Assembly (NCBI GenBank): GCA_910578985.1
Contig: CAJTSF010000007.1
Location: 3,177-67,176, forward strand
Direction: 5' to 3'
DNA length: 64,000 nucleotides
DNA from: an uncultured Odoribacter sp.
Lineage (GTDB): Bacteria > Bacteroidota > Bacteroidia > Bacteroidales > Marinifilaceae
Part shown: one piece after another, positions 38,141-49,019 of the stretch
Numbering within the stretch: the first letter of the stretch is position 1
How the letters are laid out: every line of letters starts with the position of its first letter
Position numbers and translations under genes: made by a program
Notes under the pieces: model-generated
Seen by the model: the letters and a program-made list of their open reading frames with translations, nothing else
Database searches by the model: none
What the model was told of the DNA's origin: nothing

Positions 38141-39367
38141 TCAATTCATTCGCATCGCACGCTGTATTCGCCCCCCGCTCCGTTCCTGCCCTTCCTTGGC
38201 GTATTTCTCCTCCTCCATCTTCGACTTGTCCGCTCCCAGCGTATCCCCGATTGCGCGCTGCAAACGAGCTTTCGAATTCATCAGGTCGGCTTTGGCAAAA
38301 TAATCCTCCGTATTCACGCAACGTTCGTCAATCCAACGGATAGCCTCCTCCACCAGCGCCTTGTCCGCACAGCTTTGGAAAGCCTCGATATTCGTCTGGA
38401 AATAATGTTTCTCCAGGCCGCCGCGCAGCATGTTGTAACTCATCACCTCGCGCATTTTATCCAGCAAGCCGCGATAATCCCCTTTCCGAACATAGGCCGC
38501 CGTATATAAATTCGCCAAACCGATGGGAGCCATCTGAGAATCGATATGAAGCAGGTAGTCCGTCAGTTCCGCATTACGCTGTTCGTCAAACGCCGTACCC
38601 ATTCCAGGCTTCCAGTTGCTCAACATCATCACCGCTCCATATATCGCCCCCTCCAGCTTATAATCCACCACTTCCTTACCGGCTACGGCATAAAACTTAT
38701 CCCGGTTCGCCATCACCGCCTTCAACGGAGCGGACAACGGATCCTGAACATACTGCTTGATCAGGTCCCAGTTCTCCTTCGTTGCCAACCGGTCCACGGA
38801 AAGGGTATTCAGATATTCTGCGGCAACCTTGCTCACCTCCTCTTTCATATAGGCGGAAGCCAATGCAGGCAGGTACGCTTGCAAAAATTCGGCACTCCGT
38901 TCGCCCGCAGCATAACGCTTCATCATGCCACTCAAATTGCCCTGGGGATCCATCGCCTGCTTGCCTCCGGCAATCAGCCATTCCGCTTTCCCTGCTCCCA
39001 CCATACGATGAACGGCTTCTCCCGTCACAGGATCCACGAACACCAGCGTCGGGAATGCTTTCACCTCGAATTTATCCTTCAGTATCACCCCGTCCGCATC
39101 CTTTTCCATGTCATATTTGGCATTTACAAAATTGGCATTGAAGAAATCCGCCACCGCATCCTGTGTGAACACCTGGGAAGACAACATCTTGCAAGGACCG
39201 CACCAAGAGGTGTAGCAATCCACAAAAATCAGCTTCTTCTCCTTCTTCGCTTTCTTTAAAATCTGTTTCCAGACTTTCGTCTGCTCGAACTCAATGCTCC
39301 GGTTCTGTGCCTCTGCTCCGAAAAAAACGGCAAAGACCAAAACGAACGCCATCATCAGTTTTCTCAT
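38141..39367 (-). CDS. Secreted thioredoxin-fold protein (CxxC) with C-terminal helical domain
   Basis: 408 aa with a signal peptide and the thioredoxin motif FVDCYTSWCGPCKML. Confidence 0.8.
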   Translation of the reverse strand: MRKLMMAFVLVFAVFFGAEAQNRSIEFEQTKVWKQILKKAKKEKKLIFVDCYTSWCGPCKMLSSQVFTQDAVADFFNANFVNAKYDMEKDADGVILKDKFEVKAFPTLVFVDPVTGEAVHRMVGAGKAEWLIAGGKQAMDPQGNLSGMMKRYAAGERSAEFLQAYLPALASAYMKEEVSKVAAEYLNTLSVDRLATKENWDLIKQYVQDPLSAPLKAVMANRDKFYAVAGKEVVDYKLEGAIYGAVMMLSNWKPGMGTAFDEQRNAELTDYLLHIDSQMAPIGLANLYTAAYVRKGDYRGLLDKMREVMSYNMLRGGLEKHYFQTNIEAFQSCADKALVEEAIRWIDERCVNTEDYFAKADLMNSKARLQRAIGDTLGADKSKMEEEKYAKEGQERSGGRIQRAMRMN

Positions 39368-39418
39368 AATACTTGTTTCTTATTTATGAATTAATCAATG
39401 GCAAATATAACGAAATTA

Positions 39419-40600
39419 TTACATCCCCATCGCAGACATGGAAATCACCTGCTTCTTTTTGCTGCCCGTCATCTCTTTCAACTTTTCCGTCAAAGCCTTC
39501 CCGCGCAAGTTCTTGCCTACGATACGTCCGTCCTGGTCCAAAACCAAGATATAAGGAATGCCGGAAAACTGGTACTGCTTCATCACATCCTTACCCGCTC
39601 CCGGTGCCTGTGCCTGATGCCAAGGCATGCGTTCCTCGTCCATCGCCTTCCGCCAAGCCTTGCCGTCCTTGTCGATGGAAACACTGAAAAACTCTACGCC
39701 TTTATTGTGGTATTCCTTGTAAGCCTCTTTCAAATGGGGAATTTCCTGACGGCAAGGACCGCACCACGATGCCCAGAAGTCCAATACCAGAATCTTGCCC
39801 TTGAAATTCTGAGGACCCAGATGCTGCTTCCCGTCCGGTGTCGGGAAAGAGAACTCAGGCGCAGGTTTTCCTTCTGCCAAACGCTCTTGTTGTGCCTTGG
39901 CTTCCGCCATATCCGCCTTGTATTTCAACAGGGGAGCATAGTTCGGGTTCTTCGCCTCCAACCGCGCTAATACCTGCTCCACCCAAGCGGCGTTCTCATC
40001 CCCACGCAAGAAAGGAAGAATGGCAAGCACACTATTCCGGTCACTGTAATGTTCCGCCAGATACTGCAACCGCGCACGGGACTCATCGCCAAGCATGTTA
40101 TAAAATTTCCCGGAAGCATCCTGCTTCGTCTGGTCGTCGAGACCCGGTATACGGTATACCCCCTGCGATACCCCAATCATCAACTGATAGTTCCGGTGTC
40201 TGTCCCAATTCATCAGATTCATCAACTCATTGTTCGGACCTCCCTGAATATAAACGTAAGGGGGATTCTTAATCTTGATTTTAGCCGTATCCTCCCCACG
40301 GAAATTGATAACCAAATCCTCATCCTCCGCCCAGAACTGCACGCTCTGCCACTTCTGGCAGTCCAACGTGTACACTCCCGGACGCTCCACCTTCATCTTC
40401 AACTCATACGTCCCGTCCTCATTCACCTGGCAGGAATCAATCACCCGTTTGTCAAAACCGTTACGCTCAACAATTTCCATATTGAAACGGTCACTGGGAA
40501 ACTGAACCTTACCCTTAATCGTTATCACTTTCTCTCCAGGAACGCTGCACGAACCCAAAAACAGACACGCTGCCAATACTAATCTTGATAATTTTACCAT
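39419..40600 (-). CDS. TlpA/ResA-family thiol-disulfide oxidoreductase lipoprotein (N-terminal DUF4369-like domain)
   Basis: 393 aa with the lipobox FLGSC and the motif LDFWASWCGPCRQEIPHLKEAY. Confidence 0.88.
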   Translation of the reverse strand: MVKLSRLVLAACLFLGSCSVPGEKVITIKGKVQFPSDRFNMEIVERNGFDKRVIDSCQVNEDGTYELKMKVERPGVYTLDCQKWQSVQFWAEDEDLVINFRGEDTAKIKIKNPPYVYIQGGPNNELMNLMNWDRHRNYQLMIGVSQGVYRIPGLDDQTKQDASGKFYNMLGDESRARLQYLAEHYSDRNSVLAILPFLRGDENAAWVEQVLARLEAKNPNYAPLLKYKADMAEAKAQQERLAEGKPAPEFSFPTPDGKQHLGPQNFKGKILVLDFWASWCGPCRQEIPHLKEAYKEYHNKGVEFFSVSIDKDGKAWRKAMDEERMPWHQAQAPGAGKDVMKQYQFSGIPYILVLDQDGRIVGKNLRGKALTEKLKEMTGSKKKQVISMSAMGM

Positions 40601-40605
40601 AATAT

Positions 40606-42126
40606 TTATTCTTTAAAAAACATATCTTTAATTATTCCTAAACCTTCATATACTTGAGGCTCATTTAACAACACACCGGACATTTCATTAAATACAACTT
40701 TATAAACCTTCCCTTCATTACCTTTACGTGTTGCAATAAACATGATTTTCCCCGAAAATACATTATCAGCAGGATTTACATACAATTTCATTTGTACGAT
40801 CCTCTCTCCCGCTCCTACAGTCAGAAAATCGGATGACCTCTCATTCCCATAACGCCATGTATAAACTTTCGTTTCCGTTGCATAAAACATAAAATTACCC
40901 CGTATCCCAAATACATAATGCTCGGCATTTTTTACATCTTCCAATCCACTCAAATTGTACATATCCAATGCGACAGGCGTCTCCGTTACCAGATTGGCTC
41001 GAAACAAATAAGGCTCTGCTTCCGCATCTTCCACCACTTTATTCATCAGCAAACAAGTCTCCCCGTCTTTCCCTTCATTCATATATACAAAATCAAATTC
41101 CGGATCAATCTTTCCCGTATTGAAAGCACCTCCGGTGGACATTGGCACAGACAAAGCCCCCCAAGTTCCGACCGTCATGAAACGATTGTTTTTCACATCA
41201 AACAAAGCAGCACAATTATCGTTTCCTGAAACTCGAATGGGAGCAATCACCGGTGCAAGCAGAAAATCGGAAACATCACCTCCGGGCTCTATAAAAGAGC
41301 TTTCTCCCATCATTTTATGTGATACTTTATAGACTTTCCGGTCATTAATGATAATATCAGTATTTCCACCTTTGGAATCATAATACTCTGCTTCCGGGGA
41401 TATCCTATCTAATACGACATTCGGATTAAATAAATCCATATATGTCATATCGGCACGCTGCTCATAGGTAGAAGCATTCATAATATATCCTCCATTATCC
41501 GAGAATACATACAAGTTCGATTCAGAACCGCAAAGCCCCATAAAACGGGTATTCTTCATCTTTTCGCCCTTGTTATTGGCTGAAAAATAATTCTTGACTA
41601 TCCGTCCATCCCCTCCGGAAACAACATCCGCATCACGGATAATTTGGAGGTCTCCGTTGCCTGCTGCATCCTCATCCAACACAATCCAACCATTCACAGA
41701 GGAAATAATAAATTCAAACTTCTGCTCCGTCAATGCTCCTGTTTTCTTATTCCTCACTTTATATACCAACCAATAGTCCCTTGGCGTATTCACAACCTGA
41801 TATTCCAAATTTTGAGTCATCGCCAATGTATCCCCCTGTTCATAATGAAATGAAGTCCCTTGAGGATCCTGCGGATAACGATACCAAATAAATTCATAAT
41901 CGGCAGCCGTCGTACCGGCTAAAAATTCCAATTCCGGAGTCAAGGAAATCTTTTCATTTTCCAGACACACGAACTTGTTATTTTGATCTGTCACGCCTGG
42001 AATTGATTTAATCACAGCCTCACCGATTACATCATATTCATAATTCCCCTTATCATCAAAACAAGAAGCAAGCACTCCGATTGACAATAATAAAAAACAC
42101 GATTGTATATATCTAAATATTTTCAT
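40606..42126 (-). CDS. PKD-like family lipoprotein (function unknown)
   Basis: 506 aa with the lipobox LASC. It occupies the position after DUF4843 in SusC/SusD loci of this type. The family call is from memory. Confidence 0.65.
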   Translation of the reverse strand: MKIFRYIQSCFLLLSIGVLASCFDDKGNYEYDVIGEAVIKSIPGVTDQNNKFVCLENEKISLTPELEFLAGTTAADYEFIWYRYPQDPQGTSFHYEQGDTLAMTQNLEYQVVNTPRDYWLVYKVRNKKTGALTEQKFEFIISSVNGWIVLDEDAAGNGDLQIIRDADVVSGGDGRIVKNYFSANNKGEKMKNTRFMGLCGSESNLYVFSDNGGYIMNASTYEQRADMTYMDLFNPNVVLDRISPEAEYYDSKGGNTDIIINDRKVYKVSHKMMGESSFIEPGGDVSDFLLAPVIAPIRVSGNDNCAALFDVKNNRFMTVGTWGALSVPMSTGGAFNTGKIDPEFDFVYMNEGKDGETCLLMNKVVEDAEAEPYLFRANLVTETPVALDMYNLSGLEDVKNAEHYVFGIRGNFMFYATETKVYTWRYGNERSSDFLTVGAGERIVQMKLYVNPADNVFSGKIMFIATRKGNEGKVYKVVFNEMSGVLLNEPQVYEGLGIIKDMFFKE

Positions 42127-42144
42127 GACTGATTTATTTACGAA

Positions 42145-42825
42145 TTAATATCCATTCCCAAATTTCATGATTTTTCCATTATCATCCAAGCGCGGTTCGG
42201 GTTCTGCTTCTAAAACGGCATTCAATTTCTTTGCCAGTTCTCCATATCCATCTATACCATACGCTCCCTGATAAGCAGCCAAATCCAATGTTCCCAACTG
42301 TTCGAATACAAAAGCATATTTGGCTTGTGTACACTTCCCTAAACAATAGTCTGCCGCCCAACCCGTCGGATCTTTCCACGTCGTCGGAAACCCAATCATC
42401 ATCTTCACCAACAACTCTCCATTAACACCTCCTACAAAATCTCCTGTCGGGTCAGGTATTAAATCAAACATCAAAGCCTCTTCGGTTAAACCTGCACGAT
42501 AAACCTTACATTCTATGACGGTATCCAATCTCCCTGCCTCAATGATTACTTCCATCGGCAGTTCGAAATTAACCCCTGGAACCGCTGTTTGTTCTTTCCC
42601 GAAAGCAAATTTAAGCACTCTATCCTGCTCCGAGATTTCTCCCTGAACCGCCAATTTGATCTCAAATACTTTTTCTTCATCCGTTTCTCCTTTCACAAAA
42701 GTGCCATCTCCACGAATAGTCATATTGACTGCAGTAGGTCCTGCATAAAAACCCACTTGGTCCTCCTGGCAAGCCACCAATAAAACCGCCAAAATTATTT
42801 CTAAAAAATTTATAGATTTTTTCAT
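42145..42825 (-). CDS. DUF4843-like lipoprotein
   Basis: 226 aa with the lipobox LVAC, immediately downstream of SusD. Confidence 0.65.
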   Translation of the reverse strand: MKKSINFLEIILAVLLVACQEDQVGFYAGPTAVNMTIRGDGTFVKGETDEEKVFEIKLAVQGEISEQDRVLKFAFGKEQTAVPGVNFELPMEVIIEAGRLDTVIECKVYRAGLTEEALMFDLIPDPTGDFVGGVNGELLVKMMIGFPTTWKDPTGWAADYCLGKCTQAKYAFVFEQLGTLDLAAYQGAYGIDGYGELAKKLNAVLEAEPEPRLDDNGKIMKFGNGY

Positions 42826-42833
42826 AGCTATCT

Positions 42834-44282
42834 TTATTCTTCAATTTCACGTTGTCCTAAATCAATCTCATCATCCGGCATCGGAAGTTCGTAAACAGCA
42901 TGCGCATTAGCTATCATTTTCGTATTCTTCCGCTTGTGGTAAAAAAACACCTGTCCTTCTCCTATAAACTCCCGGTAATACTCTTTCTCCAATTCTTGCT
43001 GCAAACCCTCTTTATCCACATTTCCCAACTCTTGCAAACCTCGATTGGCACGCAGTGTATTCAAAAAATTCGCAGCTTCACCTATATTCGAATCTTTCAA
43101 AGTCTCTGCCAAAATATAATACATTTCAGCAATCCGAATACCCGGCATCCTGTCACGTTTCGGCTTTATCCTTCCTTTGCCTACAACATATACCGACTCC
43201 ATTTGCCAGAACTTGGTCAATACATTTGCTTTTCCGCTATACGTTTCATACAACATCATACGATAATCATCCGGTTCATACAATTCTCCGGGCAGAATAC
43301 GCTCCATCAATGGCGAAGAAACTTCCCGGAAATAACCTTTTATGTACTCCTCCAGTTTCATCGCATTGAAAGCAAACAGATGTTCGGTGGAAAAAGTCCT
43401 GTCACGAAGATTGATTTCCGTCGTCGTAAGGTCTTCTGTTTTTACCCAAGGAAACAAACCACGGCTCTGTTGTGCTGAAACTACCTCATAGGCTGCATCA
43501 TGGGCTTCCGTAATCTGATTGGCATATAAACAAACCCGAGCTTTTAAGCCTAATGCGGCGTAATAATTCAAATGAAAATTTCGATTAGCCAAATATCCGT
43601 TATCTATTCCCGTTACATCCTCTCCGGTATATATCGGATCCTCTTTCAATAACTCGATCGCCTCATTCAAATCCTCCAATACATACTCAACAAACTTAAT
43701 CGGCGTCAAGGCAGGCATCACTGCCGGACGCGCTTCTTTTACATAAGGGATGCCCGGCTTGGCGTCTGTCGCAAAATCATAAGAAGCAAACAAACGCAAC
43801 AAATCAAAATGCACATAAGCGCGCAAAGCCAAGGCCTCACCACGGACAACTCCATAATAATGACCCAACACATCCTTTTTCTTGTCCGTATATTCGATTA
43901 ATGTATTGATATTCGCTATACTCTCATACATCTTATCCCATACATTGTCAATAATGGCTTTTGAAACAGATTGTTCATAATTATAGTTAGACAAATAACT
44001 GTATGCCGAATATGAACTGCTCAATAAATCGCCTGAAGCCCACTCCTGCCCCAATACGCCGACCATTCCGTAAGTCAATTCACACCCATACAATTCCGAA
44101 CGGCACAAGCCGATATAACATCCTGCCAATGCTGATTTAAATCCATCCAAGGTCGAATACAAACTGGTAGCCTCTTCCTGAGTCTTCGGCTTGACATCCA
44201 ACCAATCATTACATGACACTCCCAATAAAGAAGCAAGTGCCAAAACCATGATATGTAATTGTAATATTTTCTTTTTCATCAT
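42834..44282 (-). CDS. RagB/SusD-family nutrient-binding outer-membrane lipoprotein
   Basis: I chose the start at MMKKKILQLHIMVLALASLLGVSCNDWLDV, the typical SusD N-terminus. The track start at 44342 overlaps SusC. Confidence 0.9.
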   Translation of the reverse strand: MMKKKILQLHIMVLALASLLGVSCNDWLDVKPKTQEEATSLYSTLDGFKSALAGCYIGLCRSELYGCELTYGMVGVLGQEWASGDLLSSSYSAYSYLSNYNYEQSVSKAIIDNVWDKMYESIANINTLIEYTDKKKDVLGHYYGVVRGEALALRAYVHFDLLRLFASYDFATDAKPGIPYVKEARPAVMPALTPIKFVEYVLEDLNEAIELLKEDPIYTGEDVTGIDNGYLANRNFHLNYYAALGLKARVCLYANQITEAHDAAYEVVSAQQSRGLFPWVKTEDLTTTEINLRDRTFSTEHLFAFNAMKLEEYIKGYFREVSSPLMERILPGELYEPDDYRMMLYETYSGKANVLTKFWQMESVYVVGKGRIKPKRDRMPGIRIAEMYYILAETLKDSNIGEAANFLNTLRANRGLQELGNVDKEGLQQELEKEYYREFIGEGQVFFYHKRKNTKMIANAHAVYELPMPDDEIDLGQREIEE

Positions 44283-44311
44283 TTCATCATCTTTATAATT
44301 ACACCCAAAAA

Positions 44312-47300
44312 TCAGAAGGTCGCCTGCAAAGAAAACGAACAAGACCTGGCAAAAGGATACTCGATTCCTCTCTCCGCTTTCACCGTAGATGCCCTGAATA
44401 CATCATTCATATAAAACTGCAACTTCAACATTTGCACTCCGCTCTTCTTCAAGAATCCGCAATAACGGAAATCATATCCCACATTCAAAGAAGTCATTTG
44501 CAATTCCCGCACATCCTGAACAAAACGTGAAGTCGGACGAGTCAAAGCATTATACGGGTCATACGCTCGGAATCTTGCAACCTGCCCCGGAGTAGTCCAT
44601 CTATCGCTCAACATCCGCTTATCAACATTGTATTGAATATCCACATTCTCCACTTTGTCCATCAACGTCTGATTATAATACTGTCCACCAAGTTTATAGA
44701 AGAATGAGGTGTTCACACTGAAACCTTTATATTCAAAATTGAACCCGAACGTTCCGCTCAACTTGGCTTGCGTATCCCCGACAACTACCTGGTTCTTTGC
44801 CGACCATCCATACACCATCTTCCCTTCCGGTGTCAAAAACACCTCCTTGCCTGTAGCCGGATCGATGCCCAACGAACGTACTGCCCAGATGGCATCCATG
44901 GACTGACCCTCCGCATAACGTACCGACGGTTTCGTAATGGCAGCATTGTCTTCCAAATTGGGATTTCCTCCTCCTCCGTTAGCTTTGTCTTCATCCCTCT
45001 CCTTATTCATCAACGATAACGCATCGGATATCTTGGTGATTCTGTTTTTATTATGCATTCCGGAAGTGAACACAGAAAAATACAAAGCTTTTTCCGCATC
45101 TCTTATTACACGATAATTCAACTTATACTCTACTCCTTTGTTCTTCGTTTCACCCAAATTTTCGGTATAAGATGAAAAACCTGCAGAAGGCGGTAAAGAC
45201 ACCGGAGTCAATAGATTCTGCGTATTCTTGATATAGTAGTCGAATGTTATATCCAAAGCATCCCATAAAGTGATATCAACCCCGATATTATTATCCTGCG
45301 TTTTCTGCCACTGCAAATCCGGATTGGCAAGTCCCAGCAAATAAGAACCGATAATATTATCGTAATTGTCGTTATAATATTTATAGGTTGCCATCGCTTG
45401 ATAAGAATTGAAATTCTGCGAACCGGAATATCCCGTTGAAGCCCGGAGACGCAATTGATTCAATACCTCCTGTGTTTCCAAAAAATGTTCCTTATGAATA
45501 TTCCAACCTATACCGGCAGACCAGAAATGTCCCCAGCGTTTGTCACTGCCGAACAAAGAAGAAGCATTCGCACGATAGGTCGCATCCATCAAATAACGGT
45601 TGTCATACGAATAGTTTACAGAAGCCAACACACTCGTCTCGCGCGACAAAGACTCACTTCCGGTCGGCGCACCATCCAAATACTCTTTCGCATGAGTGAT
45701 ATAATCCATCTTATCATTGGCAAATCCACGGGCACCGAAAGTCACCGTATTATACTTTTTCTCGCTCGCACTCCACTGGGCATTTGCAAAAATCAGATGA
45801 CGTTTGATTTCTTTCGAATAATTGGCGGAAATATCCGTACTATATTCAAAACGTTTGCCATTTCCCATTTCATAAGTTCCACGCTCAAAATATTCCTCCG
45901 AATCAGCAGAAATATTCTTAAACTTGGTATGATCGCGCGGATAAAACAATTCGGACTCATCCTTTCTGGATATAATCCCCAAACGTCCTTTGAACTTCAT
46001 GCCTGAAAACGCCTGCCACTCAATATAAAAGTTATTGGTGATATCGGTATAAGAAGTTTGATTCTTGGTATTGATGTCCGCATTCACCAAAGGATTGTAA
46101 ATTGGCTTCGTCCCTTGGAAATTGGCGATATCATACGTGCCTAAAATCTCATTAATTGAACCGTCTTCATTATAAGCCCTCCAATAAGGATTCAATTTGG
46201 CATATTCTGAAAAAGTTCCGTAAGGAGACTCTTCCGCTTTGTTAAAAGTCACTGAAAGCTGCTCCTGGAAAAGAAGAGATTTATAGCGATAGGACAAATT
46301 AAAGCCTGCTGTAATCGTCTCGCGGTTGGACCCTTTCATAACTCCCGCCACATTATTATACTGAAAATCCAAACCGTAACGAATGACATCATCACCTCCC
46401 TCGAACACCAAAGAATGTTTATGACCGACTCCTACCCGCAACGGTTTATCCAGCCAATACGTATTCACCCCTCTCAATACCTCCTTATACAAAGCCTCGT
46501 ATTTTTCATCATATCCTTGTTGCGTATTCGGATGACCGAATTTATCCGTATATACACCGGCTCTTTTTTCTATTTCCAACTTCTCTGCCGCATTAGCCAA
46601 ATTATAACTGGACAAATCAGGCATTTGCAAATTCAAACTTCCAGAATAAGAAACTCTCATCCGACCTTTCTCCGGAGCAAGTGTTTCGATAACGACCACC
46701 CCGTTTGCCCCTTTTGAACCATATAGCGCCTTTGCCGTCGCATCCTTCAGCAAAGTGATGGAAGCCACCCGGTTCATATCCATATCCATCACCTTTTCTA
46801 TGGGTTGTTCAAATCCGTCAATAATAAAAAGCGGTTGATTGGGATTCGTCTGATACTTGTCCTTCATATCCGTAAAACTGGAAGCGCCACGCATTTGAAT
46901 CTCAGGCATCCGGTTAGGGTCCGAGCCGAAATCATTATTTTCCAGGACCTGAAATGCAGGATCAATATTCTTCAAAGACTGCAGGATATTCTGATTACCG
47001 ACCCGCTTCAACTCATCCGCCTTAATCGTCGTCACCGCCCCCGTATAACTGTCCGCCTTACGCGTAAACATACCCGTCACCACCACCTCCTGCATCTCGG
47101 AAGCCTCTGTTTCCAATTTAACTTCAACATACTCGCGCTTCCCGACAACTACCTCCACGGGCTTGTAACCGATAAACGACACTTCCAACGCAGGAATCTC
47201 CCCCAACAACTCCAGATGAAACTTCCCGTCCACATCCGTAGAAGTCCCGACAGCCGTCCCTTTGATCTTCACCGTCGCCCCCGGCAACACCTCACCGCTC

Positions 47301-47725
47301 TCCTTGTCGATGACCTTGCCCGTAATGCTTCGCTTCTCAGGTTGTTGCGTCTGCGGGGCTGCCGCCTCCTCCCGCTTCACCACCACATGCCGGTCCACAA
47401 TATCGTAACTCAACCCCTTCCCCTTCAGGCAATAATCCAGAATTGTCTCCACCTCTTCATTCGTGAAATACACATCCACCTTCTCCAAACGGTCAATGTC
47501 ATTCGTATTATACACAAATGCCAGATCCGTCACCTTCTCGATTTCCAGAAACAACTGCTTCACGCTCACCTTGCCCAAATTCAGACTCACCCGGGTATGC
47601 TGCGAAAACCCGTTTGCCTGAATCTGAAGGCAAAAAAACATTAATACCACAGAGAGTCTCGTGCTTAGCCTCAAACCTCTCCTTTTCCGTTTGGGTTCAT
47701 CAATACCCTGCGTTTTTTTCTCCAT
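44312..47725 (-). CDS. SusC/RagA-family TonB-dependent transducer with N-terminal STN signalling domain
   Basis: 1137 aa. It has an STN region (VSVKQLFLEIEKVTDLAFVY..), a CarboxypepD_reg-like region (ITGKVIDKESGEVLPGATVKIKGT), a plug, and a barrel ending ..SCSFSLQATF. Confidence 0.93.
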   Translation of the reverse strand: MEKKTQGIDEPKRKRRGLRLSTRLSVVLMFFCLQIQANGFSQHTRVSLNLGKVSVKQLFLEIEKVTDLAFVYNTNDIDRLEKVDVYFTNEEVETILDYCLKGKGLSYDIVDRHVVVKREEAAAPQTQQPEKRSITGKVIDKESGEVLPGATVKIKGTAVGTSTDVDGKFHLELLGEIPALEVSFIGYKPVEVVVGKREYVEVKLETEASEMQEVVVTGMFTRKADSYTGAVTTIKADELKRVGNQNILQSLKNIDPAFQVLENNDFGSDPNRMPEIQMRGASSFTDMKDKYQTNPNQPLFIIDGFEQPIEKVMDMDMNRVASITLLKDATAKALYGSKGANGVVVIETLAPEKGRMRVSYSGSLNLQMPDLSSYNLANAAEKLEIEKRAGVYTDKFGHPNTQQGYDEKYEALYKEVLRGVNTYWLDKPLRVGVGHKHSLVFEGGDDVIRYGLDFQYNNVAGVMKGSNRETITAGFNLSYRYKSLLFQEQLSVTFNKAEESPYGTFSEYAKLNPYWRAYNEDGSINEILGTYDIANFQGTKPIYNPLVNADINTKNQTSYTDITNNFYIEWQAFSGMKFKGRLGIISRKDESELFYPRDHTKFKNISADSEEYFERGTYEMGNGKRFEYSTDISANYSKEIKRHLIFANAQWSASEKKYNTVTFGARGFANDKMDYITHAKEYLDGAPTGSESLSRETSVLASVNYSYDNRYLMDATYRANASSLFGSDKRWGHFWSAGIGWNIHKEHFLETQEVLNQLRLRASTGYSGSQNFNSYQAMATYKYYNDNYDNIIGSYLLGLANPDLQWQKTQDNNIGVDITLWDALDITFDYYIKNTQNLLTPVSLPPSAGFSSYTENLGETKNKGVEYKLNYRVIRDAEKALYFSVFTSGMHNKNRITKISDALSLMNKERDEDKANGGGGNPNLEDNAAITKPSVRYAEGQSMDAIWAVRSLGIDPATGKEVFLTPEGKMVYGWSAKNQVVVGDTQAKLSGTFGFNFEYKGFSVNTSFFYKLGGQYYNQTLMDKVENVDIQYNVDKRMLSDRWTTPGQVARFRAYDPYNALTRPTSRFVQDVRELQMTSLNVGYDFRYCGFLKKSGVQMLKLQFYMNDVFRASTVKAERGIEYPFARSCSFSLQATF

Positions 47726-47756
47726 AAAGCATAGAATTAAATTTATAAATCACCAT

Positions 47757-48911
47757 TTATTTCGACAGCACGGTCACCGTCTTGCCTTTAATGACAAAAT
47801 CCACCTGCCCCGTGCTTTTCAAAATCTCGAACACTTTCTCCACATCATCGAACCTCCGAATCTTCGCCGTCAAAGGCAACGCCTGCAACCGCTCATTCCG
47901 GTAAAAGTACGAGAAGTCATACCACCGCGACAACTCCTTCAAAATCCCGTCCAGCGTCATATCCCGATAAACAAAGAACCCGTCCTTCCACGCCGTATAT
48001 AATACCGTCTCCACCTCCCTCACCTGCACTCCCGTACGGTCCACATACGCCTGCTGACCCGGACGCAAACGGCACTCCTGCCCGCCGTGCCCGATGACCA
48101 CACTTCCCTCCACCAGCGTCGTCGCCATCCCTCCTCCCGGATAATTCTTCACATTGAACTCCGTCCCCAACACCGTCACCTCCGTCCCGTTCGTACACAC
48201 CACAAACTTCTGCCCATCCCGTTTCGCCACATCGAAATAAGCCTCCCCCTTCAAATACACCTTCCGCTCCCCGCCGGAAAAACGGACCGGATACTTCAAC
48301 TCCGAATCCGCATTCACCCACACCTGCGTCCCGTCCGCCAACACCACCGTGTACTCCCCGCCCCGCGGCGTAATCAAACGGTTATACTCCACCGCCGCCG
48401 TATCCCCCTCCGCCGCCGCATACACCAGCGTATTCTCCTCCCTCCTCACCTCCGCATTCCCCGCCCACACCGCATCCTCCGCTCCGTCCCCCAACACCAC
48501 CTGCTCATTCGACCCCAACACCAGCACTGCCTTCTTCCCTCCCGGCACAATCCGCTCATCCACTCCTCCCCTCTCCCCATCCAACCCTTCCGCCGTCCAA
48601 TGCCACATTCCTCCCGCAAGCAACAATACCACCGCCGCGGCAGCCACCTCCCACCAACGCCTCATCACCCGTCTTCCCTTCATCGCCTTCCTTCCGGACA
48701 ACCGTTCCTTCACACTTCTCCATCCACGCTCCACCTCATAACGTTCCCCCGCCCCCGTTCTCAACCACTGCCGCCGCATCCCCCCATACTCATCCCAATG
48801 CGCCTCCGACTCCTCCAACCATTGCCGCAACTTTTCCAACTCCTCGTCCGAAGCTGTGCCCTCCAGCGAAGCCACTATCAAATGCTGAATAAAATCATCC
48901 GATTCCATCAT
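47757..48911 (-). CDS. FecR-family anti-sigma factor
   Basis: I chose the start at MMESDDFIQHLI. It has one TM helix (WWEVAAAAVVLLLAGGMW), a FecR domain (..TPRGGEYTVVLADGTQVWVNADSELKYP..) and sits next to the ECF sigma gene. Confidence 0.9.
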   Translation of the reverse strand: MMESDDFIQHLIVASLEGTASDEELEKLRQWLEESEAHWDEYGGMRRQWLRTGAGERYEVERGWRSVKERLSGRKAMKGRRVMRRWWEVAAAAVVLLLAGGMWHWTAEGLDGERGGVDERIVPGGKKAVLVLGSNEQVVLGDGAEDAVWAGNAEVRREENTLVYAAAEGDTAAVEYNRLITPRGGEYTVVLADGTQVWVNADSELKYPVRFSGGERKVYLKGEAYFDVAKRDGQKFVVCTNGTEVTVLGTEFNVKNYPGGGMATTLVEGSVVIGHGGQECRLRPGQQAYVDRTGVQVREVETVLYTAWKDGFFVYRDMTLDGILKELSRWYDFSYFYRNERLQALPLTAKIRRFDDVEKVFEILKSTGQVDFVIKGKTVTVLSK

Positions 48912-49019
48912 CTTATCCGTTTTTTCTTTTAACTTTAAGATAAGACAACCGGCTGACAAAAACTACTTACAAGATTTTCTACTTTCTTCGAAAAAACTTT
49001 CCGCTATCCTCTTTCCCCT

